Of a stretch of DNA of 64,000 nt, positions 9,266-19,700 are shown in pieces. This stretch comes from an uncultured delta proteobacterium (GTDB taxonomy: Bacteria > Desulfobacterota > BSN033 > UBA1163): the NCBI GenBank assembly GCA_963827685.1, contig CAWHBU010000003.1, positions 544,001-608,000 on the forward strand, written 5' to 3'. A program made the position numbers and the translations under genes. How positions within the stretch are numbered: position 1 is the first letter of the stretch; the number at the start of each line of letters is the position of its first letter. The notes below the pieces were generated by a model. The model had not been told where the DNA came from and made no database searches. It was given only the letters and a program-made list of their open reading frames with translations.

Positions 9266-9856
9266 ATGAACATACGCAAAGTTTTTCTTGGACTCACATT
9301 GGTATTATCCGTTCTTGTCGGAACAATAACCCCCCTTTATCACGAGCGACTTTTCGATAAATGTGAAGTCGATGTCGCCCTTCCCGAGAACTGGAAACGA
9401 ATATCTTTACAAGAAAAATTGGATAGCCTTGATGGACTATTGTCAAAAAACGCTGCTTTCTATCTGGTATCCAAAATCAGACAATTAAATATCAGAAGGC
9501 AGTTAACAAAAATGATTATCGATAAAAAAGACGATATATTGAGAGGTGGGTGTCAGTACCGTTTTGCTTTTCGTTTTTTTGTTGGATGGGAAGAATTAGT
9601 TCTTTTGGGTCTGGTAGGATTTGCTTCCGTCTGGGCGATTTATGGGTCTGTAAGAGTGGTTACTCTCTTGATTCCATCCACACCGTTGATACACTTCCCC
9701 TCACCTGCCTTGCGGGGACGGGTTGAATCTCTCAATTTCCCTATGTGGCGTGAACCCGCAGGTCTTGCCAGTGTCAGGATAACTCTCTTTGGTTTCCTTG
9801 CTCTTGAAGAACGACCCCAAAGGCCGAGGAAGCCAGTGGCAGTGTGGATAGATTAA
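9266..9856 (+). CDS. Hypothetical membrane protein
   Basis: 196-aa ORF with N-terminal and central hydrophobic helices; no motif recognised. Confidence 0.55.
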   Translation: MNIRKVFLGLTLVLSVLVGTITPLYHERLFDKCEVDVALPENWKRISLQEKLDSLDGLLSKNAAFYLVSKIRQLNIRRQLTKMIIDKKDDILRGGCQYRFAFRFFVGWEELVLLGLVGFASVWAIYGSVRVVTLLIPSTPLIHFPSPALRGRVESLNFPMWREPAGLASVRITLFGFLALEERPQRPRKPVAVWID

Positions 9857-9929
9857 ATGCTATGCTGCCTCTTTTTCTGCTAACGACTTTCAACTCATCC
9901 ATAACACTTTACACCCTGCGCCCCATGTC

Positions 9930-11327
9930 TCACCCGGCCTCATTCTTTTTCCTCGCCCTGCCATATCTCCACATATGGGCAAAGACTCGAACAGCATGCT
10001 CCGGGAAATCATAGCAGGAGAGACGATTCCCTTCTAAAAAACCCTGGCAGGCTTCTATATCTTTTTTAGCCCCTAAAAGGGAAAAAAAGACCGGCTTGGG
10101 CCGTTGTTCCAGAAGGAGATCCACCATAGGCCGGTAGATTTCAGGCCCCCTATTGGCAAAGGAGATCCAAATAATTCCGTCCACTCCATCGTCTTCCAAG
10201 AGAGCCTTCAAAATCTCCGTGGAGGTTTTTTCAAACCCATGGGCCAGCATGTCGGGAAAAAGGTCCACAGGATTCCGGGTTTTGGAAGGGGTGGCTATAA
10301 CCCTGGAAATTTTTTCGCGCGTAGCCTCCCCCAGACGGGCCACTTTTAGTCCATGTTCCACCGCAGCATCGATGCTCATGATGGCCTGTGCCCCGCTGTA
10401 AGTGACAAAAGCAAGGCGCCCTCCATGAGGAAAGGGCATGTTTAGAAATCCTTTCAGCGTTCGGATGAAATCATCGATCCCGGTCATGCGCAAGGCTCCA
10501 GCCTGGCGCATGGCCCCCTCGAACACAGCGTCTTCCCCCGCCATGCTGGCAGTATGGGAGGCCATGGCCCGGCCTCCCTCCTGAGTCCGTCCCCCTTTGA
10601 TAATGAGCACGGGCTTTTTGGCCACTGCCTTCTTTGCTGTTTCCAAAAATCGGCGCCCATCGCGCACATCCTCCAGGTACATCCCGATGATCTTTGTTTG
10701 CTCGTCATCCATCAGGTAGGAGAGCGCATCGGATTCGTTCACGTCCACCTTGTTGCCCAGCCCAATTCCTTTGGAAAGCTGGCAACCTTCAAAGGAACTC
10801 AAATACCGGAGAAGGGCTCCTATGAAAATCCCGGATTGAGCAGCAAATCCAATAGGCCCAGGCTTCAGCATTTGGGGAGTGGCAAAATAGGAAGTGGTCA
10901 GTCCATTCTCCGTATTCACCAAGCCCAGGGTATTAGGCCCAAACCCTCTCATGCCTGTCGATCGGAGGATGTCTCGCACCTCTTCCTGGTATTTTGCTCC
11001 CTCGGAACCGGTCTCCGCAAACCCCTCTGCAGAAATAACCACTCCCTTCACACCTTTGCGGGCGCATTCCCTCAGCGCATCACCAACGAACTGTGGAGGA
11101 ATGTGAAAAACCGCCAAGTCGACGGGGAAAGGGACCTCTTGTAGACTGCGATACAAAGCGGTTTCAAAAACCTCCCCTCCCTGTGGATTTACGCCCGCCA
11201 CCTTGCCCTGATATCCGACTCTCTTTAAAGCCTTGAGGAGCTGCGCTCCCGGCTTTTCCGGATCCCTCGATGCTCCGATGACCGCAACACTTTTGGATTC
11301 TAAGATTTCCCGAATTGACCACATCAA
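9930..11327 (-). CDS. Acyl-CoA synthetase (NDP-forming), CoA-binding/ligase alpha subunit
   Basis: SVAVIGASRDPEKPG, GFAETG, GPNTLG, QSG, LGNKVDV, ASHTAS (phospho-His) and NPVD motifs. Confidence 0.9.
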   Translation of the reverse strand: MMWSIREILESKSVAVIGASRDPEKPGAQLLKALKRVGYQGKVAGVNPQGGEVFETALYRSLQEVPFPVDLAVFHIPPQFVGDALRECARKGVKGVVISAEGFAETGSEGAKYQEEVRDILRSTGMRGFGPNTLGLVNTENGLTTSYFATPQMLKPGPIGFAAQSGIFIGALLRYLSSFEGCQLSKGIGLGNKVDVNESDALSYLMDDEQTKIIGMYLEDVRDGRRFLETAKKAVAKKPVLIIKGGRTQEGGRAMASHTASMAGEDAVFEGAMRQAGALRMTGIDDFIRTLKGFLNMPFPHGGRLAFVTYSGAQAIMSIDAAVEHGLKVARLGEATREKISRVIATPSKTRNPVDLFPDMLAHGFEKTSTEILKALLEDDGVDGIIWISFANRGPEIYRPMVDLLLEQRPKPVFFSLLGAKKDIEACQGFLEGNRLSCYDFPEHAVRVFAHMWRYGRARKKNEAG

Positions 11328-11457
11328 GCTCAGCCTCCTGAACGATCCTCTTTGACTAAATGATTTTTAAGGCAGAAAATCATGGAAATAGAACCATCAC
11401 AAAATAATATTGAATTAGACATTCATACCATACAACAGATTATGGAGGGCACACGCT

Positions 11458-12270
11458 TCACTCCTTAAACAACCTCCATAAAGCCTTTGCCTCTAAACCA
11501 AACCATTTTTCTAAGAGTTTCTCATACTCGCCTGTCTCCTTCATCTTTACTAATGTTGAATTGATGAAGTCGAGCCACTCCTTATCCCCCCTCCTAACTG
11601 CCAGGCCGTATCGGGCCGGGCGGAAAGGTTGCAAATTCGCCATTTTTAGACCCGGATTTTTCTGAAGAAGATCAAAAAGAAGAACATAGTCTTGTACAAA
11701 TGCCTCCACACGACGCTCTTTCAAGGCCTGGAGCGCTTCGAAATTACGCTCGAATTTAACCCGCTCCGCAGCAGGAACCAGTTCCCCGATGGCCATATCA
11801 CCTGTTGAGCCTCGGATGGTAGCAACCTTCTTTCCTGCTAAGTCCTCATATCTTGTAATCTTACTGTTCCCCTGGACCAGGATAAGCTGGGCGGTAATGA
11901 AATAAGGGATACTGAAATCAACTTCTCTCTTTCTTGCCTCCGTGATGGTCAAGGTGGCCACGACAACGTCAATTTTCCTTGAAGTTAGGAAAGTAATCCG
12001 GTTTCCTGACGTGACGGGTACGAATTGAACCGCATCCTCGTTCCCAAAGAGTTCTTTTGAAAGTACCTTGGCAATGTCAATATCGAATCCTTTATGAACC
12101 CCCTTCTTATCCAAAAACCCAAGAGGGGGATAGTCGGTTTTTACTCCTGCAATCAGTTTACCCCTTCTCTTGACATCTTGAAGAGTTCCCGCAAATCCTT
12201 CTCTCGAAAAGACAAAAGGTAGAAGGCAAAAAACAACCAACAAGAGCAGAGACGTATTCCTCTTCATCAA
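11458..12270 (-). CDS. Polar amino-acid ABC transporter substrate-binding protein (family 3)
   Basis: Signal peptide; GVKTDYPP, GFDIDIA, TITEARKREVDFSIPYF and GST motifs. Confidence 0.92.
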   Translation of the reverse strand: MMKRNTSLLLLVVFCLLPFVFSREGFAGTLQDVKRRGKLIAGVKTDYPPLGFLDKKGVHKGFDIDIAKVLSKELFGNEDAVQFVPVTSGNRITFLTSRKIDVVVATLTITEARKREVDFSIPYFITAQLILVQGNSKITRYEDLAGKKVATIRGSTGDMAIGELVPAAERVKFERNFEALQALKERRVEAFVQDYVLLFDLLQKNPGLKMANLQPFRPARYGLAVRRGDKEWLDFINSTLVKMKETGEYEKLLEKWFGLEAKALWRLFKE

Positions 12271-12801
12271 TATTCTCCCTTCGTATAAAGTTGCGATTCA
12301 AATCTATATCAGTATTATACTTTAAGAACTGATCAAACACCATCTCATCCTTCCCATACGAACGTTCGGCCTTTGGTAACTGTCACCTTTTGGAACTATT
12401 TCAGAGTGAATCTTTGTGGTAGAATCAACACCGACGTAAAGGCTCGGCTCCATGAATGGTGTGATCTTCATCCGCCGCCTCGCACAACTTGGGTGACCCA
12501 CCCAAAATACTTCGGCGTTGAACCACCTGACCGGGAACAGACAGAACACAAATTTCCGGAATTCCTCAGGGGTAAGAAGTCGCCTTCAGACGGAGCGACT
12601 ATACCAAAGGCAGACGTGTGCGTTAAGGAAAATAGACCCTCGTCAAGAATTCAGTTGATTCTTCTTAAAAGCTGGATATAGGATGCTGGTTATGCGAGAT
12701 CGTAGAATTTAATTTGGGGCGCGGCAATAGAGGACCTAAATCCTTCACTCATCGATCGGCTTCTGCTTAATCCTCACCTCGCTGTTTGGCGAATGAGGTC
12801 G

Positions 12802-13845
12802 TCACCCTTCAAGTGTTTCAAATATGTCTTTAAAGACACGGACAAGCTCAATGAAGGCCTTTCTTAGATTTGGGTCGAAGTGTTCAGGAGACGTCCTTCC
12901 ATCGCCCTCCACGATGATCTTCACTGCAACCTCGTGGTCTAAAGAGGATTTGTATGGCCTTCTGCCTCTCAGGGCATCGTACTGGTCAACAATATTCATG
13001 ATTCTTCCTGCCATAGGGATTTCTTCCTCCCTAAGTCCACGCGGATATCCAGTGCCGTCCCACCTTTCATGGTGAGTCAGCGCAATCGTTTCCGCCATCT
13101 GGAGGTACTTTGATTTCGAATCATGGAGGATATCGGCCCCGATGAGTGTATGGGTCTTTACCAAGGCAAATTCTTCCTGAGTAAGTTTCGAACTCTTCAA
13201 CAGGATCTCAAGGGGAATGCCCACCTTGCCTATATCATGCATGGGGCTGGCATGCAGGATGGTCTCCTGATCTTCTTCCGACCATCCAAGATGTTTCGCC
13301 ATGTGTTGACAGTAACGGCCGACTCTGCGGATATGAGCTGCTGTTTCTTCGTCCTTGTATTCTGCTACTGTTGTAAGCCTGATAATTGTATCAATGTATC
13401 CCTCCCGTATCTGCCTTATCTTTTCTTCTACTTCTCTTTTGAGAATATCATTATGGTTGCTTAGAAAGTCCTCGAATTCCTTTATTCTAAGCAGGTTTCC
13501 AATTCTTGCAATCAGCTCCGGTCTGTCGATTGGCTTTGTAAGAAAATCGTTTGCACCTGCCGAAAGTCCTTTAATTCTCAGTTCCCTGTCTATAGACCCT
13601 GTAATCACGATGATGGGTATGTGGCGAGTGAATGGGTCACCCTTCAACTTCTTGCAGACCTCCAAGCCATCCATTTCAGGCATCATGACATCGAGCAAGA
13701 CAAGATCAGGGCTGTAGGTTTTTACCTTTTCAATGGCTTCTATTCCATTCGTTGCGGTGGTATAGTGGTAGTCATATTTTTCTAAAACGGCACTTAAGTA
13801 CTTTAGAAGAACCGGATCGTCGTCGGCTATAAGGATTTTGGGCAT
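12802..13845 (-). CDS. Response regulator with HD-GYP c-di-GMP phosphodiesterase domain (RpfG-like)
   Basis: REC domain (ADDD, LLDVMMP, KP) plus HDIGK, HHERWDGTGYP and RRPYK. Confidence 0.95.
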   Translation of the reverse strand: MPKILIADDDPVLLKYLSAVLEKYDYHYTTATNGIEAIEKVKTYSPDLVLLDVMMPEMDGLEVCKKLKGDPFTRHIPIIVITGSIDRELRIKGLSAGANDFLTKPIDRPELIARIGNLLRIKEFEDFLSNHNDILKREVEEKIRQIREGYIDTIIRLTTVAEYKDEETAAHIRRVGRYCQHMAKHLGWSEEDQETILHASPMHDIGKVGIPLEILLKSSKLTQEEFALVKTHTLIGADILHDSKSKYLQMAETIALTHHERWDGTGYPRGLREEEIPMAGRIMNIVDQYDALRGRRPYKSSLDHEVAVKIIVEGDGRTSPEHFDPNLRKAFIELVRVFKDIFETLEG

Positions 13846-14640
13846 TCTTTCTCCTTCCAGGGTGTGCTAAATCTATTTGAAACTTGAGTCAAGTTGAAAA
13901 AATCTCTTTGAATAAATAGTAATATACGCAAAATCTCGTTCATGTGTCAAGAATAAGGTTAACTGGAATCGGGGTCTGGAAATGGGGACCAAGTTTTGAA
14001 TGATTACTTTCGATCACCTTTAAGAAATAAGAGTTGGCAGAAATGCCTTGTTCCGCCATTTTCAAGGCCCTTTAAACCCTTTTGAGCGGATCTAAAAAGG
14101 TTATGTCCCGGCCAGATTCCCGAACCGATCGGTTTCCCGAAATTGGTTGATGAATAGTATTTTCTGAAACAAGCAAGATCGCAATCCAGCAGAAAATTAG
14201 AGGCTATAAATGGAAATAAGCAACCTCCTTTGTCTTCGAGCAAATTGATTATCTCTCCGATTCTTCACGTTTTGCTTTATCATAGATTCTCTTCGGACGT
14301 TCCAGAAAATCACCGCATTCCCCTTGGTCTAAAAATACCGTCATCCTTCAAGAAAAATACAGTGTTTGCCCTATTCATTTGGGAACCCCGCAAGTGCTAA
14401 TTTATTTGTGTGCAGACATCTTCCTCCTGGACAACGTTGTATTGCGAAACCTGGGTTGTTTGGTTTGTTATGCAGAACGATATGGGCGCCACTGCCCCGG
14501 GGAACTAGAAGCAGCACCCCGTCCTATCCCCAAGTAGAGAAAAGAGTGAAATAGGATCAGATGGCAGGCAATAGGATCATGAAAAGGAGGAGAGCTAGTC
14601 TCAGATCCTGAAAAATTCCGTAAAAAGGAGGTAAGGAAAA

Positions 14641-16041
14641 ATGTCAAAGGCAATAAAATACTTTGGATTGGCAACGGGGGCTCTGTTATTGATTATTGTG
14701 TCCATTTCTACTTTTGCCCAATCTCCTCTAAGGGGAGAGTCGAGTTACTCCCCCGTAGTAATCAAAGAGAGTTTTGAAGCGATCATGGCCCGTATGAAAG
14801 CTGCAAAGCCAGGGGTGATGAAGCGTCAGATGGATTTGCTCGATGAACGCTATGACTTGAGTAATCGTCCGGCTGCAGGGGTGACGATGTCTCGTGGTAA
14901 GCCAGTTCAGGAGGGCGTTCGTATCAAACTTCCAGTGGGGATGACCTGGGAGAGATTGGCCGGGATGAGTCCGGAGGAAATTCGCGAGAAGAACTTATTC
15001 CCGGCGGGTTTCTTTCCTCTCCCACACCCTAATCATGCTGAAGGTGGCATGCTCTTCCCCAAGTTCCATATTGAGGAAATCAAGAGGCAAGAAGGTCGGG
15101 ATCTCACCCGCTTTGACCTGGATTATGACTTACCAGATCATTTTCTTCCTGAATTTCCAGCACCCATTTATCTGACTACACGTCCAGACCTTGGAGATGT
15201 CTCCCAGGGCAAGTTGGTCACAATCGATAATTACTATGAACTGTTCAATGGAATTCTGAACCCCAAGCAGATTGAAGGCTTGAGGCTATTGCTCACCCCA
15301 TTCCCACAACAGCAGTTCAACCAAACCGAGGACCGGCGGTCCGAACGTCCAAGCCGTGGGGTAGTCTGTTTTGACTGCCATGCAAACGGACATACGAATG
15401 CCTCGACGCACCTTGTTGGCGATATCCGGCCCCAGGAGTTTCGGCATCGTCTTGATACCCCGAGTCTGCGTGGCGTGAACATTCAGCGACTGTTTGGGTC
15501 CCAGCGGGCACTGAAGTCGGTCGAAGACTTCACCGAGTTTGAACAAAGAGCTGCTTATTTTGACGGTGATCCGGTAATTGCTACGAAAAAGGGTGTCAGC
15601 ATCCTTGAACGGGGGAGCCAGGTCCATTTCATGGCGGAGTTCCAAGAATTGCTGGACTTCCCTCCGGCTCCTAAGCTTGGGATCGAAGGAAAGCTTGATC
15701 CGAAAAAAGCAACCCAGTCGGAGATGCGGGGGCAGGAGGTTTTCTTTGGCAAGGCCAGATGTGCAGGCTGTCATCCAGCACCGTATTATACCGACAATCT
15801 CATGCATAACCTGAAGGCGGAGCGTTTCTACAAGCCGCGGATGATCAATGGTCGGATGGCAAGCGCGGATGGTCCTATCAAGACCTTTCCGTTGCGAGGC
15901 ATCAAAGATTCCCCTCCTTATTTACATGATGGAAGACTCCTCACGTTGGAAGATACGGTGGAGTTTTTCAATTTGATTCTTGAACGTGGACTCAGCGTAC
16001 AGGAGAAAAAAGATCTGGTGGAATTTATGAGATCACTTTAA
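14641..16041 (+). CDS. Secreted di-heme cytochrome c, bCcP/MauG superfamily
   Basis: Signal peptide; CFDCH and CAGCH; DTPSLRG, KTFPLRG and PPYLHDGRLLTLED motifs. Confidence 0.85.
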   Translation: MSKAIKYFGLATGALLLIIVSISTFAQSPLRGESSYSPVVIKESFEAIMARMKAAKPGVMKRQMDLLDERYDLSNRPAAGVTMSRGKPVQEGVRIKLPVGMTWERLAGMSPEEIREKNLFPAGFFPLPHPNHAEGGMLFPKFHIEEIKRQEGRDLTRFDLDYDLPDHFLPEFPAPIYLTTRPDLGDVSQGKLVTIDNYYELFNGILNPKQIEGLRLLLTPFPQQQFNQTEDRRSERPSRGVVCFDCHANGHTNASTHLVGDIRPQEFRHRLDTPSLRGVNIQRLFGSQRALKSVEDFTEFEQRAAYFDGDPVIATKKGVSILERGSQVHFMAEFQELLDFPPAPKLGIEGKLDPKKATQSEMRGQEVFFGKARCAGCHPAPYYTDNLMHNLKAERFYKPRMINGRMASADGPIKTFPLRGIKDSPPYLHDGRLLTLEDTVEFFNLILERGLSVQEKKDLVEFMRSL

Positions 16042-16066
16042 TAGTTCTCCACCGAACGAAATTGCT

Positions 16067-16095
16067 AAAGGGCGAGGCATAAGCCTCGCCCTTTT
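16067..16095 (+). terminator. Rho-independent terminator
   Basis: AAAGGGCGAGGC-ATAA-GCCTCGCCCTTTT after the cytochrome gene. Confidence 0.8.
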
Positions 16096-16189
16096 AATTA
16101 TGCCCAATTCTACCAGTCGTTAACTTTCAGGAGTGGGTCAGAACGAACCTTTGTAGACGAAAGCAAGAGCCGGATGCGAGAGCTCTAGG

Positions 16190-16245
16190 GGAAAGGGGGG
16201 CCAGGAAAGGGGGCGAGGAAAGGGGGCCAGGTCTTGCATTATTAC
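16190..16245 (+). repeat. Short tandem GGAAAGGGGGC(C/G)A x3 ending in GGGGCCAGGTCTTGCATTATTAC (REP-like)
   Basis: Read directly; a related GGGGACCAAGTTTTGAATGATTAC occurs at about 13984-14007. Confidence 0.55.
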
Positions 16246-16289
16246 TTCTGGCCATTTTACCAAAATAAGAGAAAGAACTCTCGCACAAG

Positions 16290-16320
16290 AAAAGCCCTGA
16301 TCAAATCACCAGGGCTTTTT
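16290..16320 (-). terminator. Terminator hairpin downstream of tRNA-Glu
   Basis: AAAAGCCCTG-N10-CAGGGCTTTT. Confidence 0.7.
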
Positions 16321-16328
16321 GTTATAAT

Positions 16329-16404
16329 TGGTGGTCCCAAGGGGATTCGAACCCCTGTTACCGACGTGAGAGGCCAGTGTCCTAGGCCACTAGACGATGG
16401 GACC
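16329..16404 (-). tRNA. tRNA-Glu (CTC)
   Basis: Reverse complement GGTCCCATCGTCTAGTGGCCTAGGACACTGGCCT-CTC-ACGTCGGTAACAGGGGTTCGAATCCCCTTGGGACCACCA; cloverleaf with encoded CCA. Confidence 0.96.
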
Positions 16405-16608
16405 TTATCAAAAAATCAATTTGCGTTGATCAATGAACAATTTTCAATTAGCAAGAACCCAACAGTGGCTATTTCTTCCTAAGTGAAATAAAGCCATTTC
16501 AATCGAATCAACCTTGTTCAAATTAACGCACAACCCATCAAAAATCAAGCACTAAATAGTCTCTTTCCCCTTGTATTCAAGAACAAGACCAATTATATTT
16601 ATGCAACT

Positions 16609-17580
16609 ATGATCCCGATTCGAGATGCTATTCGTTCGAAGAACTTTCCGGCTGTCAATGTTCTCATCATCGGCTTGAATATCATTGCCTTCTTATGGGA
16701 GCTCCTTCAGGGCCCTAACTTAAAAGAAGTCTTTTATCTCTATGGAATGGTGCCCCTCCGATACTCCAACCCGGAACTTGCCGCTCACTTTACGAGTTTC
16801 CAACAATATCTCCCCTTTCTAACTTCCATTTTTCTTCACGGAGGGTTTCTTCATATCATCATGAACATGTGGTTCCTCTATATCTTCGGCGATAACATCG
16901 AAGACAGGCTCGGTCACATTCGATATCTCGTCTTCTATCTTTTCTGTGGTGTGGCAGCTGGTCTGGTCCACCTCTTCACGAATTGGAATTCCAATATCCC
17001 TACCATCGGAGCGAGTGGAGCCATATCAGGTGTCATGGGAGCCTACCTTCTCCTCTACCCTCGTTCCAAGATCTTGACATTAATACCTATCTTTTTCTTT
17101 TTTCAATTCGTAGAAATCCCTACCTTCATCTTCCTCGTTTTTTGGCTCTTCACGCAACTATTTTCCGCTGGCCTCACACCCAGGAATGTCGGAGGTGTTG
17201 CTTTCTGGGCCCATATTGGGGGGTTTGTCGCCGGTTTCATTTTTATAAAACTATTTGATGCCATTCCAAGGACAGGTCTAAGTGGAATGCTTTCTCAACA
17301 CACCGAGAGAAAGACCACACCCCGCATTCAAACACTTTCTCTTCACTCTCCTTCGGAAGAATTGGATATCTATGGAGCTCTCGCGCTTACCCGGAAGGAA
17401 GCCTCTTATGGGGCTCGTAAACTAATCTCCATCCCTCAAGGATTGAAGAAGAGAAGCCTTTGGGTAACCATTCCACCTGGAGTTCATGAAGGAACACGCT
17501 TGCGCCTCAAAGGATTAGGCCAAAGAGATACGGAGGGGAACCGGGGAGATTTGTTTCTTGAGGTCCGAATTCTGGATTGA
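16609..17580 (+). CDS. Rhomboid intramembrane serine protease with C-terminal DnaJ_C-like domain
   Basis: FLHGG.LHII.NM, IGASGAISG (catalytic Ser), WAHIGG (catalytic His); tail IPPGVHEGTRLRLKGLG...GDLFLEVRI. Confidence 0.88.
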   Translation: MIPIRDAIRSKNFPAVNVLIIGLNIIAFLWELLQGPNLKEVFYLYGMVPLRYSNPELAAHFTSFQQYLPFLTSIFLHGGFLHIIMNMWFLYIFGDNIEDRLGHIRYLVFYLFCGVAAGLVHLFTNWNSNIPTIGASGAISGVMGAYLLLYPRSKILTLIPIFFFFQFVEIPTFIFLVFWLFTQLFSAGLTPRNVGGVAFWAHIGGFVAGFIFIKLFDAIPRTGLSGMLSQHTERKTTPRIQTLSLHSPSEELDIYGALALTRKEASYGARKLISIPQGLKKRSLWVTIPPGVHEGTRLRLKGLGQRDTEGNRGDLFLEVRILD

Positions 17581-17612
17581 GGCCAAGGGGAAAAGAAGAA
17601 GGGAGAAAAATA

Positions 17613-18311
17613 ATGGGAAAGCTTTCGATATTCGATCAAGTCAAGAAAGAAGGCAGGTCAGTACTCACCGAATTCGAATCCAAAAGAATTCTTAAACAGG
17701 CGGGAATATCCGTTGTGGAAACCAAACTGGCGAAGACCTCAAAAGAAGCCGCTTCGTTAGGCCGGAAAATGGGCTTCCCTGTGGCGTTAAAAATAACTTC
17801 CCCGGATGTAATCCACAAAAGCGACTCGGGTGGTGTCAAGCTTTCATTAAACAATATTACCGAGGTAAAAAAGGCCTATGATGAAATTTTGAAAAAAGTT
17901 AAGAAACAATATCCCCGCGCAGTTATTCATGGAGTATCCATACAAAAAATGGTCCGACCGGGGACAGAAGTCATTATTGGCACCAGCAAAGATCCTCAAT
18001 TTGGTCCTGTCATCATGTTTGGGTTGGGGGGCATTTTTGTGGAATTACTCAAAGACGTTTCTTTCAGGGTCATTCCTCTTGAACGGAAGGATGCTCAAGA
18101 AATGATTAACGAAATAAAAGGATATCCACTGTTGCAAGGATACAGGGGGAAGGAGCCTGCCAGCATCCCTGCTTTAGTGGAGATCATTCTAAAGATATCC
18201 AAATTGATAGAGGAGAATCCCCAGGTTAGAGAATTAGAACTGAATCCTGTATTTGCTTATCGAGACAAGGCCGTGGCCGTGGATGCAAGAATTATTTTAG
18301 AAAAAGATTAA
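17613..18311 (+). CDS. Acyl-CoA synthetase (NDP-forming), ATP-grasp beta subunit
   Basis: GFPVALKI.SPDVIHKSDSGGV, DPQFGPVIMFGLGG and ELELNP..AVDARI motifs. Confidence 0.9.
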   Translation: MGKLSIFDQVKKEGRSVLTEFESKRILKQAGISVVETKLAKTSKEAASLGRKMGFPVALKITSPDVIHKSDSGGVKLSLNNITEVKKAYDEILKKVKKQYPRAVIHGVSIQKMVRPGTEVIIGTSKDPQFGPVIMFGLGGIFVELLKDVSFRVIPLERKDAQEMINEIKGYPLLQGYRGKEPASIPALVEIILKISKLIEENPQVRELELNPVFAYRDKAVAVDARIILEKD

Positions 18312-18336
18312 ATGGATACGGTTACCCTCTGCGTTC

Positions 18337-19443
18337 TTACCTTGCTGCAAAAAGCCTTAAATACTTTGCATACCCTTCTTTTTCCAGTTTCTCTTTGGGA
18401 ATGAATCTTAACGCTGCGGAATTCATGCAATACCGAAGTCCTGTCGGCTTTGGCCCGTCGTGAAACACGTGGCCGAGATGGGAATCGGCATCTTTGCTCC
18501 TCACCTCTATCCGTTTCACAAAAAAGCTGTTATCTTCTTTTTCGACAATACGGTCTGGTTCAAGGGGTGTGGTAAAACTTGGCCATCCGGTCCCGGAATC
18601 GAACTTGTCGAGGGAACTGAACAGAGGCTCTCCAGAGACGATATCGACATAAATTCCTTCCCCCTTATTATCCCAATATTCGTTCTGAAACGCCGGCTCC
18701 GTACCATTCTTTTGAGTCACCTTATACTGCAAAGAAGACAGTTTTCTTCTGAGGGTCACCTCGTCGGGTTTTTTATAGGTCCTTCCATCATGGGGCGTTG
18801 TGCCTTCCAGGTCTTTTCCCCAAACTTTGCTTAGAAACTGATCTCGACCGGACGCATGCCTGTAATATCTATATTTGAGAGGATGTTTCCTATAGTAATC
18901 CTGATGATACGCCTCTGCTTCATAAAATTTGGTAAACTTTATGATCTCCGTCACAACAGGTTTATTGAACCTTCCGGATTTGTCCAACGCCGCCTTTGAC
19001 TTTTCCGCCAATCTTTTTTGCTCTTCATCGTGATAAAAGATGACGCTCCGATATTGCGCACCTCGATCCACAAATTGTCCACCCGGATCAGTGGGATCAA
19101 CATGCTTCCAGAAGAAATCGAGTAATCCTTCATAAGTTAATTTAGAGGGATCATAATATACTTGGATGGCCTCGACATGCCCGGTCGTCCCAGACGATAC
19201 CTCTTCATAGGTTGGATTCTCTTTGTTCCCTCCGGTGTAGCCTGATATGACTTTGACAACCCCCGGCAATTTTTCAAAGTCTGCTTGAGTACACCAAAAA
19301 CATCCACCGGCGAAGGTAGCCTTTCTTGTCGCCTCATCCTCTTTCATCATACCATTTTTCACCCTTTGTTGAACTATATCGGACTTTTGACACCCGTTGA
19401 CGGCAACGAGCATTACCACCAACAATAAGAATAGAATTTTCAT
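18337..19443 (-). CDS. msrAB: Bifunctional methionine sulfoxide reductase MsrA/MsrB, probable lipoprotein
   Basis: GGCFWC, YHQDYY, GTGWPSF, HLGHVF and RYCMNS motifs; VAVNGC lipobox-like signal. Confidence 0.95.
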   Translation of the reverse strand: MKILFLLLVVMLVAVNGCQKSDIVQQRVKNGMMKEDEATRKATFAGGCFWCTQADFEKLPGVVKVISGYTGGNKENPTYEEVSSGTTGHVEAIQVYYDPSKLTYEGLLDFFWKHVDPTDPGGQFVDRGAQYRSVIFYHDEEQKRLAEKSKAALDKSGRFNKPVVTEIIKFTKFYEAEAYHQDYYRKHPLKYRYYRHASGRDQFLSKVWGKDLEGTTPHDGRTYKKPDEVTLRRKLSSLQYKVTQKNGTEPAFQNEYWDNKGEGIYVDIVSGEPLFSSLDKFDSGTGWPSFTTPLEPDRIVEKEDNSFFVKRIEVRSKDADSHLGHVFHDGPKPTGLRYCMNSAALRFIPKEKLEKEGYAKYLRLFAAR

Positions 19444-19700
19444 TATGAATATCACCTCCGTTTGGCACGCCATTCATCATGGATTATGGTAAATTTAGCA
19501 GCTAATATCACTCCACAATGTAAGAATGATTATGAGTTTGCTAATTGTCAACCTTTTGCCCCCGGTATGAACCTTCGGCGTGAGCCTTTGCGGGGCCGAA
19601 TGGGCCAAGAAAAGATCAGAAAAGACTCTGTCATCAACAAGGATGTTAAGGCAACAGATTCTACCGTGTTTAAGTGGGAGAATTTTCTTTAACATTTCAT

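Noticed and set aside
12280-12801. Possible ORFs or attC fragments between the SBP and HD-GYP genes
   Set aside because: Only isolated boxes (CGCATAAC, CGCCAAAC on the minus strand) without paired partners; the ORFs lack RBS and motifs.
13846-14640. Long intergenic region examined for a riboswitch or RAYT remnant
   Set aside because: No recognisable c-di-GMP or other aptamer core by eye; transposase similarity is too weak to call.
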